Part shown: positions 1 to 11,556 of the stretch, piece after piece
Numbering within the stretch: position 1 is the stretch's first letter
How the letters are laid out: every line of letters begins with the position of its first letter
Source of the DNA: Ancylonema sp.
Lineage: Eukaryota
DNA length: 64,000 nt
Assembly: GCA_050230475.1 (NCBI GenBank)
Contig: JBFLGF010000087.1
Coordinates: 1 to 64,000, forward strand
Direction: 5' to 3'
The notes under the pieces: model-generated
Seen by the model: only the letters and a program-made list of their open reading frames with translations
What the model was told of the DNA's origin: nothing
The model's database searches: none
Program-made: the position numbers and the translations under genes

Positions 1-1441
1 TTGTAAAGTGTGCTATGTAATAGTACAACTTGTCTCAAAAATTTCAAAACAAAGACACATAAAGAATGGATTATATATACTCACCACACCCCATAGACAA
101 CGACAATTGGCAAAGACGTGTGTCACACTCAGGTTTTGATCAACCAAAAAAGCTTGTCATCGACACGTTGATACCCCTCACTCTTGGTACACTTGGATGT
201 TTCGTACATTATATGGTGACGAACATTATGGAAAGACATATTCGTTGCATGTCAACAAGCGTGGAGGAGAAGACAATTAATTCAGGTGCAAAAGAGCAAC
301 CCAACCCACAATCAAGAAAGGCGTCAGGCGCGTCGATAGACAAGTCATGATACTTCACCACAACGATTCGTCACTTCTGAAAGACTTGACGTCGGGGTAG
401 AACAGAATCTCCATCTACATGTCGAGTGGTTTTCCAGCATCGGATCCGGATCCAATCCAGTTCACACAAGACCTAGCGTCCTCGTGACCTTGGAATGGAG
501 AAAAGATTGCTGGTGAGGCATTGACAAAGTAAAAAACAAAGACCCTAAGCAAGGTTGTTTCCAATGCAAAACGAGGTGGCTTTGTACTCCGGTCACTTTG
601 TGGCCGAATATACTGTCAGGTGATAAGAGAGCCGAATCTTGTCGAATATCTTGATGTATGATGCACCTGGAATAAACTCGCTCAGAATATCGAAATTCTG
701 CGTCAGACATCACTCAGTTAGTAAGGAAGCCAGACTTACCGACACAATAATCAATCGTACACATTTCACAGGTTCTGACCAAGACTTCCACTTGGTGATA
801 TCGAGGGCCAGTCTCACGTACTTTGACCGGAGAGAAATTCCAGCATACTGCCCGAGACGAAGTTTTCACCGAAACAGGAAAATGTTGTACCAGTATTTTT
901 CATGATTGTTCCTCAAATCTGTGCAAGAAAGTAGAAGCAAACAAGGTCTCTTTTTTACAAACCAAAAAAATTAAATCTCCTCAAGCAACAAAGTGGACAG
1001 AGTCACTTCAATCATTCCAGAACAGAATCTGAATAGCCAAGAAATAGAGAGTAAGAGAGTACTCCAGGTAATACATCGCCATAGTCCAAAGACGTAACTC
1101 CTCAGGAATGTGATATGTATTCACCTTCAATATGGCAAGACAATGACATATAATATCGACAGAACCTCGCACGTTCTCAAACTACATGAGCGGATGTGTC
1201 GACATCAAATTTCAACTACGACCAATACATCATCTAAAAAACAATATCTTTTTTGCGAATAATAATGCATTGAAATATACAACGAGCTTAACCGATCTAG
1301 TGAATCGTAGTTCCTATGCATCACTCGAGTAATGTGGGTAAAAATGAGGATTGAAGAACATTAAACGTCAATGTTGAGTACCAGCCAGGACCAGCCAGGA
1401 ACCGAGTATCCCTTCACAAAATATTCTATATCCACCCATAT

Positions 1442-2606
1442 TCACAAGTGTTCCATCATCTCATAGTCGTATCCACAGGAATAGCCACCTCGATTCAAGA
1501 TGTAGAGATGAGCTGGGCCAGGCCTCGAAAGTACCAAATTCAGGTCCTCGTTCTGTAAAAAAAATTCCCATTTTGTTGTGAGCCAGCAGAGCATCTGCCG
1601 AGCCACTTGTGAGCTCACGGCAACAAACGGATCACAAATATTATCCCTGAAACACAATATCCCCACAACTTTCATTTTATTTTGAATCTGAGCATGCTGG
1701 CTCAACTTCTTGTCCAATTTTCTGATTTCAGAAGTGTTTTCTTCGAAAGACACCGCTTTGAAAGCTGCAACACCGGAAGATCTGAACGATTGGAGCTTTC
1801 CCAGAGGAAGATTGAATTTTTTTTCTATATTTTCGTCTTCCTCCGGCCCGGTGACGCTCAAGTGGCACATTGAGCTACCCATTTCTCTTGAATCGGCGTT
1901 GGTGTCAAGATTAGACCAAGGAATTATATACGTTACATTGCAAGAGATCACTGCCAGTTTCATCGAGCAGAATAGCCGGACTGCAAAATCGTTATCCTGA
2001 GGTACGCGAAGCCCCCAATGTTTGCAGCCGTGATCGTGGAGACGTTTGGCAACCGCACGCATAAGAATTTTTCCTCCTCCTATCCCTCGCATATCTGAGG
2101 AAACAGAGACAGTGAGGATAAATCTGACGAAATGTTCAGTCGTTATTGTCTTTGTTTGTTAGGTAGGTTCAGGTTTCTCAGCAGTTCGACAAATCAAAAT
2201 GCAATCATCTGGAGTGAAAGTCACTTCTGGAAATCGTTGCTATATTTCCAAATCATCATCTTCTCGGTGAACCAAAACATTTTTTTACAATGAATGACTC
2301 AATAGAATTTGGAAACCTGAGGAGGAGATCCGATGGATAATAACACATGTTGTGCATTCCCATCGTAGACTTACCTGGATGTACGAATATTGTGACAATT
2401 ATGCCAACAGGTCGACGACGGATACCATATTGAATGTAGCCAACCTTCTTCTCTTCCAAAGTGAGGAATATAATGAAAGGTGTCAATCGCCACCATTCTT
2501 GGTATGACTGGCAGGCAATTCCCTCTAAATTCATTTCAGACAAAAACTGGAACGAATTGTAGTCGTTTTTTGTGGCATCTACGGCCTTCAATCCCAGACT
2601 GTCCAT
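1442..2606 (-). CDS. GNAT-family N-acetyltransferase, 2 exons (2606-2375, 2094-1442)
   Basis: The intron 2374-2095 (GTAAGT...CCTCAG) joins the two ORFs in frame and rebuilds the acetyl-CoA motif A 'FVHP-D-MRGIGGGKILM'. Motif B-like 'LRVPQDNDFAVRLF' follows. Confidence 0.85.
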
Positions 2607-5202
2607 CCTCAACCTATTTTATAAAATGTGAACGATCACAGCTTGTCAATCGTACCACACATTACGACTGGTAAGATTGGAAGATGTTGCGCATTGCCAG
2701 TACTTCATGAATATCTTGGTCGGTGGTTCGAAATGAAAGCAAGACACGATAAGATATTATCTTTAACCAGAACACTTGACTTCATACATAGATTCTAGTT
2801 TACATATAATTAGGACTGGTACCCTGACATTTTTTTCTTTCGCAGTACCTGCCCACGAGATGCCATGATTAATTGATGCCATGTGAATTGTCTTGCAGAT
2901 TATTTCCTTCAGAATTCTAGGGCGATGAATCTGTCCCAGCACCTCGTCGACTCTTGCACGTGTGATAAGTGGAATCTATTAGCTTTTTTAGTGACGGTCG
3001 ATCAGTATCGTCCGTACGTCGGTGGCATTGTGCGGTTATGGAGCTTCTCTTTATCGTAGTAGCCGAACAACAAAAACGACATCTGTAGGTGTTATGGACC
3101 TTAGGACGTCAATGGAAATAATGTTGTCCAATCGACCTGAAAAAATTGTTTGATACATTGGACTCAAACTGGATCCACAAACGCGACGAGAGCGCAGCCA
3201 TACAAGCCACCATAATATCAAGCAACCATAACATCAAGCACATGTCAAGACACCTTTCACTCTCTTTTTTATTGCTTTACAGTTTTTCGCCAAGATTATT
3301 CAAAGCGATGGAACTATGAATATGTTGAGAAAACTTCTGATAAACTCCATGCACCTATCATACCAAGTCACTGAATTGAACAGTAACACTACTCGACAAG
3401 TAATATATCGAGTGATAAAGTCTCAAATGGAGCTGCAATATGTCCTCGTTTAAGATTGTCATACCGAGTTCTGTTGGGATGGGCTGGATTAGGCTTATAA
3501 ACAATGATGAGCTTGACGTGTTTGTTTGGTACATGTTTAGTGACGTCGACATCAGACGCGGCTTTATGTGTTTGATCTATAGTTGCATCATGCTTCGTTG
3601 AATTGGTTTATTGTTGATATTCATGATCTGTTGTTATTTTGGTATGATGGGGAACTATTTATAGATGATATATTTTAGAGGGCTAGCATCTCAAGAGAGG
3701 TGCAAAACCACGGCTGATAAAAATATTAAAACTTTGTGTTCCAAGACTCACTTCTGAGTTGTGCATATTTTCTTTTGCTTTGTGTAAGTGTTATGTGCGT
3801 TATGTTGGTGTTCCGTTTGTCGACGACTGTGTAATGTATCGACAAATATACAAACAATTTAATCCATTGGTATGCATGCCTTCATATGCAAACCTGGATG
3901 ACTGGAATGCAGACAAAAAACACGAAGATTGATCGAGTATCGACAACTTGAAGCATTACAAATGTACACATGTATCGATCACTAGGTCGAGGCATCGACA
4001 CGTTTCGAGAGGAATAGGTGCAACATGTATTTATATAGGAGGGGCAAAACACTACTGCAATGGACTGGGTTGACTTGATTTGGGTTTGATTTTGAGGTGT
4101 TCAATTGTTGCAGAGGGAGTGACGTAGTGACGTTGATAGCGGACGTGGCTTTGTGTATTTTATCGATAGGTGCGTCAGATCGTTGAGGATCGATGCTTTG
4201 TTGATAGTAGGGGACCACTTGTCGGTAGATCTTGTTGAGAACTATTCTATCAGAAGAGGGGCTGACCACGGCTAGGCAAGATATTGAAAAGTGTGTATCC
4301 CAAAGATTGTTGAGTAAAAAGACAATATCTTGGGCTAGTGCATGTGCGTTTGTCATTGTGTGAATGGTGGCCATCGAGCTATTTTCGAAGTCCTTTTTTG
4401 TGTGTAAAGTTATGCTTTTGACGAATTGCAAAGTCCATCGACACGCTTATCGAGCCTAAGGGCCACTTGACAAGTTGTATCTGAGCAAAGGTGAATGATA
4501 TTGAGAGATGGTTATAGAAATCATGTTAAAGACCCCAATATATATGGACCGTGGCAAGCAAAGTTCACGCATATTGTCAACGTGGAAGAACCAAAATTGT
4601 AACGACCGGCTCCATTGCATCCGATGACACGAATGGTGATGGAAAATCAGAAGCACCTTTCGATCAGAGTAGGTTTGACATCAAGGACTTGAGATTGAAT
4701 CGATAAAGCTACATCCCTCATAACAAACACGTTGGATATCAATATTTTGAGCTCTCATGTCAGGAATCCCGTCATCATATGAAAGCGACCGGCTGGAAAT
4801 TGCAATACCCCATTACCCGCGTAGGGCATGGCAGCTAGACATGCTATTACAGTTCCAATAATTTTCAAGTAGTCAACAAACAAGCAACACTTCAATGAGG
4901 TGTTACGACAGATTATGGTGCAAGGCAATGCCAGTGCGGTCGCAAACCGGCTAGAAACACTCACCAATGCGCTTCCAAGAGAGTACGACATCTTGCACAA
5001 GACGCACTTCGCGCAACAACCTCCGCGAGACATCCAATACATTTGGGTATGTTGTTCGACATCGAACAATAAAGAAGTGCGAAGCCCATAGTGCATCGTC
5101 AGCGATGGCAACAATGGCATGTTATCATAGTACGAGAGGGAAATATTTTCACGAAGGGTTGAAGGAGTGGCAGGTGGAAACACGAAGAGGGGGTAGAATG
5201 AT

Positions 5203-5303
5203 GAATGTATGAATGTGTGAATGTGTGAATGTGTGAATGTGTGAATGTGTGAATGTGTGAATGTGTGAATGTGTGAATGTGTGAATGTGTGAATGTGTGA
5301 ATG
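5203..5303. repeat. (TGAATGTG)n microsatellite
   Basis: About 11-12 tandem 8-mers read directly; source of the spurious HSHIHTFT ORFs. Confidence 0.95.
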
Positions 5304-6131
5304 AATATGTATGAAGAGATGCATTAATATTGTTAATAGCGTGGGGAGGTTGATTATTGGAGCAGAAAGTGTCCAAAGAAGAAAACGGTTGTACACGTAC
5401 AATTGAATTTAAATTAAGGCTGAATTGTACAACCTCCTTCAGACCTATAGTTGCCTAATAAACATGTTTGCTCTTCGAGGCGCATTTAGCATGAACCTTG
5501 TTGCATACTAGCTAATATGAAAATCAAATCTGGCCCCCCCACTTCATTTATTCACAAGAATATCCAAACCGAGAAGGCATTCAAATGCTGCAGTTGGACA
5601 ATGAAAGGAATACAATGGACATGCACTTGTACATTTTAAATTAACGGGGTTGCTTAAAAATATACATACATTCAAGTAAACTCCTAGGCGCCATACATCA
5701 GAACTCTCACGCAACGTCTAGCACCCATCACGAGAGACTCCATTATTGGAACTTCAAAATGTCCGCATAGACGCCGTCTTCTCACCACTTCAACCGAATT
5801 GATGACTGCTACATTATTAAATCAAAATTCTGTATCTTCCTATGCCACTACACGCACGATTTGCCTTCCATTTCTCTCGCCACCAACAAGGATCCCCTAC
5901 CGAGTGATACACAACTAGACACATATGGTGTGCTTCAAGGCATGGGCACCAAGGGTTGTATACAACAGCCGGTTCCATTCACAAGCGGTTACCCGGATTA
6001 CCCAGAGTGTGACCACTTGTCCCGTGTCATCTGGGGGTGAGGTTGGGTGCCAGGTCCACTCCTCTTTTGGTTCGCAAAAACCAAGCAGAGGAGAGGGGGC
6101 TGATGTCAGGCAGCGACTTGTGGCTGCCAGG

Positions 6132-8841
6132 TCACTCTACAACCCCAATCCTACCGACCGACCACTACAGTCCAAGTTGACAGAATGTAGCTGTCAACCT
6201 GGTCTACAGAAGGCTTCACATAAAATAAACCAAAACCTTTCTCCCAGGGACTGGGATTGGCTACTTGGATTGACTTGGTACTGAGTTGTAGGCACTAGGG
6301 GGGAAAAAAAGGAAAAAAGAGAGGACAGGAACCAAACCGAATACTGATCACTGTCTGTATTTGGTCCCCCTCTGACGGCCCAACAGCTGTTGCCCTCGAC
6401 ACTACATTCCTAGTTCTTACCCTGACCTCCATTCCCTCCCTCCCTCCCTCACCCCCTCCCCTCCCCTCCCCCCCGTGACAGTTGCTTACCTTGCTGCTGC
6501 CTCCCTTTGCATGGCCTCCACTTCTACTTCCAGTCTCTGACATGCTTCATCGATGTCCATATTCTTCACCACCAACTCCGTCCATTCGCCCTCCAACTTG
6601 CTCAGCTGAGCCGCCACAGCAGCCTGCGTGAAACAAAGTGTGCCGACTGACGATATGAGCCGTGGTGATTAGTGTGTGAGTGTGAATAGCACACCATGGA
6701 GGTGCGCTATTCACACTCTCATCTGAAGTTTGAAGCCAATGTGAGAGAGAAGGGTCAGCTGTGGGATGTCTGGGGCGTGCCAGCACACCTTATGGTGCCT
6801 GACTTTCATTGAAAGATTAAGATATGTATTTCGTATACACATGGGAGCTAAGAGGGGGCAACGATGGGGCAATGCGGGAAGAATTCTCAGACTTTAGAAT
6901 GCCGACCCGCGCTTTTGGACAAGTACGTGATGCCGAAAGACAGAAACATGGATAACAATGTTCTTATGACGAGAAAAACGATTCATCATACTATTTATTG
7001 TTATAATTTTGGAGAAGAAATTGTCGTCTCTTGTCACAAAAAAATACCAACCGATTGATCTGTAATAGGATCCATCATACCACTACCAACAGTGGGGGGA
7101 GTCCCCGCACCAACACGAGGCAAAAAACAAAAAACATCCACACTGCCAAACTACCCTCATTCCCAGACCTGTCTCTTCTACCTGTCCCCTGCTCAGCTTC
7201 AGAGTTCTGCTTCAGTGACTGAGATGCGGTGTGTCAGTGCGCAGTAGGAGAGGAGGATTGTGTGGAGTCACCTGACTCTGCTTCCTGTCCTTGTTCACAA
7301 TCTCCACTTCCTGTTTTATCTCCACCACAACAGCCCGTAACCTGACCCAACAAGGACAGCTGCTGTCAGATTATGGACGAGTAGCGTCACATGGACCATG
7401 CAACATGTAACATGCAGATGTGGCGGGCATGTTATGAAGGAAGGTAGTGGGCAGGTAAGAAAGCGGGCAGGTAAGAAAGTGGGCCCAAAATGGAAGAAGC
7501 TGGCAAAAAGGGGCAGATGGTGTTTGGTAGGGAGCGTTTTATAGTTTCATGTAAAAACGAACAAAACATATGCAGAAAGCCGCATGATCGTGGTTTTTAA
7601 CCGCGGTTAACCGCGGTCTGTTGCTACTCCGGTGAAGGGCGAACAGCAGATGAGGAATCTGAGGGCTCTCGGATAAAAGACACAGAATCGGGGAATCCCT
7701 TTTCAGCATACACTTCCACAAGCTTGCCTGGAATCAAAGGCCTCCATGTGTTGATGGTGCAGACGATGGGAACCGGCAGCGTATTGAAGCATGAGCTCCA
7801 AGTTTTCCAGCCTGGATTGCGTTCAAAGGTGACAAATAAGGTGAGACTTGGGATTGGGATGAGAAAGTTTGACTATTGCTGTCCTTCGGAACAGAGATTT
7901 GGGCTAAAAGGATGTAGAAAACAATGGTGGCAGAAGCCCCCTGATTGTCGACAAGCATTCAAACAATCGCCGCTCTACATCTGTCCGGAGAAGAACAATT
8001 TGTTCAGGAAAGATGTGGGAGCTACATCCCGACTCACTTCAAGGCCTGATGCTGCATCTGCGCCTGAGCATTTTCGACTGCTCGTTTCCAGGCCCGTGGA
8101 TCGTCGGTATGGTGAGAAGGAGGCTCTTCTAGTCTATAACGCGCCATGTCCAGAGTCACCGGCGGCTTGCCTGCCCGGATACGATCATATTCTTTCGACA
8201 GCATTGGACAGCTCTGAAAATACACATACCAGACTGCCTTCAATGCTCCAGACATGCACATCATGACAGGAGCTAAGTGATCTAAGGGAATTCATAAGCA
8301 TGATGTTGTTGTCACACACCCTCCCATCCTCTACAAAGCCACAGAATTCTGGCTCCCGAATCCTCGTAAACAAAATCATGTAAATGCAGGATCCGAGGTC
8401 GTTGGCTGTCAGAACACAGCTCACAGGCGTGCGACTCCATTAGGAGTGGACTCAGAAAAACCTGTACCTACTACCTTCATCCTGCTGTACCATTTTCAAC
8501 CCACTTTAGATGCCATTTTAGTCTATCGCAAAGCTGTTTGTACTGTCACCGAACGAAGTTTCCAAACCACCCAACCACCATACTCTATCCTGAAGCCCCA
8601 TGCGTACCGCAAAGTTTGCGACAGGTGCCACCGGTAGATCAGCTAAGAAACTAGCCGGCTTCTTTACACTCCTTTTCATCTCTTCCTGTATCAGCCTTTG
8701 CACTTCGTCCTTATACTGGGGGTCTTCATACTCTTTATCGAAGTAGGGCAGGGCATCTATCAGCTCCTCAGCTCTTCTATTCCGCCAGCTTCCCTTCTCC
8801 GCCTCGGGTCCCTCAAGCGTCAAAAGCTTCACCGACGACAT
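6132..8841 (-). CDS. SPF27: Pre-mRNA splicing factor SPF27/BCAS2 (plant MOS4), 6 exons: 8841-8608, 8213-8038, 7811-7728, 7341-7272, 6623-6490, 6150-6132
   Basis: Spliced protein contains IDALPYFDKEY, RLIQEEMKR, LDMARYRL, WKRAVENAQAQMQHQ, LENLELM, EIVNKDRK and EWTELVVKNMDIDEAC, the BCAS2 pattern. All exon phases are compatible; the last exon is the least certain. Confidence 0.93.
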
Positions 8842-9296
8842 TATCACGAATTTAGTCCCTTTCACCCCTCCACCCAATTCCAAATAGCACTTAGTTGCAC
8901 TGCAAAAGCATGCCTGTTTCTTGCCAAGACGAGGAAATGCTGAAGTACATCTCGTTGGCACTGTTCTTGCTTATGATTGCTACTTTACGACGGAAGCCAT
9001 ACGACCTGCGTATAGCAAGCTGATGTCTGACATTACGAGGCAGTACCGGGTTTAACGGGGTTTGAGCGGTGTCAGCCAGTGTCCTGAATTGTGGTCAACG
9101 TTGTAGATATGACGTCATTCGGGTGTTGACCCCGTTCATGCGAAGCCCATAATTTCGTACGTGTCTTTCTTTCTTTTTATCAATGTTATCGGATATGAGA
9201 TTTGAATATGAATGGCCCTGAAATGCAGGCAAGAGATGCGTACCAAGACGGACCCTGCCGGCAGGATCGGACGAACCCGGGTCCGTTGTACGTGTG

Positions 9297-9460
9297 TGTC
9301 GGACAATAATCAATTGTGTGCCTATGTGATGATATATTGTGCCAAAACAAGTGAATGTGCCTAAACGAGTAAAATTGCCTAAATCGGTAAATGTGCTTAT
9401 ATAGTGAAATGTGCCTATACGGTGAAATGCGCCTACACGGCGAAATGTGCGTATACGCTA
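9297..9460 (+). mobile_element. Putative DNA-transposon end: TGTCGGACAA-N9-GTGTGCCTAT followed by ~6 imperfect 18-19 bp repeats (GTGAAATGTGCCTATAC core)
   Basis: The same 30-bp motif recurs, reverse-complemented, at 23411-23440, 27588-27617, 59655-59684 and 61457-61486. Confidence 0.5.
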
Positions 9461-10499
9461 GAGTTGGTCCGGTGCGGCAATATTGTTCTTTAGCCATGTT
9501 TGGCACATGTGTGGGTTTTCCACAATGACGGTTCCACGGACACGTGTCCTGACGAACACAGTTCTTACTATTAGTTTCGATTGGCAACTGAAGGCCTTAG
9601 TTGGTAATGAACATTATGATTGTTCCGCCATTCACGGCACCATATTCGCTAGGACCTGCCGCCAAGCAAGCTTGCTACTTGTTGGTACATTATGTCCTTC
9701 ATGTATCCTATACGAGTAATGGCGCAAGCCAGCAATACAATTGTACGACAGGAGAAGATATGTGGCGGACATACATTGTATCTAGTTGAAGTAGCGATGT
9801 ACATGACTTAGCCATTAGAATACTAGGCTAGGAATATAGTAGCAAGTATGTGGGTGTGACAACTAGCTTAGCGGCGCCGCAAAAAGGTGCTGATCGGATA
9901 GGAGCTGAGAGCTATACATTATGTAACCTTTGTACTCAGACCTTAACAGGTCTTTGTACACCTCGGGAACCACTGCTAAAATCATCACCCAAATCCGTGA
10001 GTAATCTGTATGTGAGTTCGGCTGGCTTTCAACTTATGTGCATTTGACTTTTAAGCATTTTGATTTGAGTATCGATCGATCGAATATTACACCTTTACAC
10101 ACTTTACAAGCGTCGGGCACTTTACGTCCAGACCGAAGGCAGAGCCTTGCCATAGGTAGACTTACAAAGACCTATTTTCAGAAAACTCAGCGTTTGGTAC
10201 CAAAAGCAATCGGCATGTTAGGAGATGCACAATAAAGGTAGCACAGATGAAAATGTCTTAGACAACAAATACATAGGTTATGGAGGACATAGGACACGGT
10301 CCAGCCGCATCGTCAGTCCACCTTAAGTACCTATAACATCCAAGCCACCTCCTAGGCAGTCACTTATCAAGATGGCAGATCGCTTCGTTGAAGTGGCGAT
10401 GCCCTTCTTCAGGTCAGGCCTGATGGCTACAAGAGGGATGGCTCTTAGCTTGCGGAGACACATTACTATCCAATACCCTTGCCATATGCGTCACGACAT

Positions 10500-10965
10500 C
10501 ACCCACTATCGGGATCGCGCAGTTGGGACGCAATTTGTGCCCTTTGCTCTTGAGACGTACGGTGCATTGTCTGATAGATCGGATCGATTTTTGGTGGAGT
10601 GTGCAACGTTAGCATCTAGAGAGTCTGCAGTCAGGGCCCTCCATTAGCTTGTTGTGCACATGGTTCCGTCAGAGAGTGTCGATTACATTGCAACGGTCGC
10701 TAGCACATGCGATACATGCTAGAACCCTACGTCTAGAGCAATCCATGGTCTTGTTACCTCCCCCACCACCGCGCGTTCCACTTTCTTCTTCGGAGTTGAA
10801 TATTGTTGCTAGTTTTGTCTTTTAGTTTTTTTTTGGGTTTTTTTGGGGTTTTTTTTTTTAGTACGATCGGCTCACATATTTGTCGTTTTTAAGGATATGT
10901 AGTTTCTTTACAGTTACGTAATGAGATGGGGTTCCCGTCGTCTTTCAATAATATACAATTCTCTC
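10500..10965 (+). mobile_element. 5'-truncated, frameshifted non-LTR retrotransposon (CRE-like, restriction-like endonuclease C-terminus) plus 3' UTR
   Basis: HYRD...FVPFALETYGALS...FL followed, after a frameshift, by WFRQRVSITLQRSLA. The 3' UTR is shared with 35091-35286 and 38356-38466. Confidence 0.7.
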
Positions 10966-11556
10966 TTTTATTAGATTTACTGAGTTACGCGCAATCGCGG
11001 CGTATTTAATGGAAGAACCTGCGTTTTGCGCAGAACATACGAGGTAAAAAGATTTCAAGCTGAGAGATAATTAAATTACAGAATATGTTTTTTTTTCCAA
11101 CAATTTTACAAGAAAGGAAAATTTGCATTTTTACAAGATGGTTTATTGGGGATCCCTACCGCAGAACCCAGTCAGCCACCGCAGTCGCACGCGGAGAGGG
11201 AACCACGTGGCTTTGGGCCGACAGTGGTTCCAGGCGGTTTTTGCTCTCCTCCAGTAGACAGTCGCTGTAAAGGGAATTTGGTTACTGAGCGCGCCATGCC
11301 GTGACTCCCCATAAATACTCAAATACGTTACGCCAGAGTGTCGAGACCAATCGCGATGTTGTCCGCAAACTGATGTAAAAGTTCCCGCGCTTCCGTTTCC
11401 TGCCTCTCACGTCGCGACTGCGCCGCTGCGCTTCTGCGCATTATTAGCCTACCTGTGGTCGCGAACGGCCTGTAGCGCACCATAGGCGCCGCTTTTGGGA
11501 CCTGCTGGCACGGAGTGGGCAAAAGCAGGCAATCGAACGAGCGCCACGTCTGGGGC

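Noticed and set aside
1..1300. Short ORFs and possible decayed coding sequence
   Set aside because: No recognisable motif or consistent exon chain.
4755..5402. 215-aa ORF, and similar repeat ORFs at 53269-53739 and 51440-51835
   Set aside because: Open only because they run through microsatellites; no domain signal.
9351..9460. Regularly spaced short repeats as a CRISPR array
   Set aside because: Units are directly adjacent with no unique spacers, there are no cas genes, and the context is eukaryotic.
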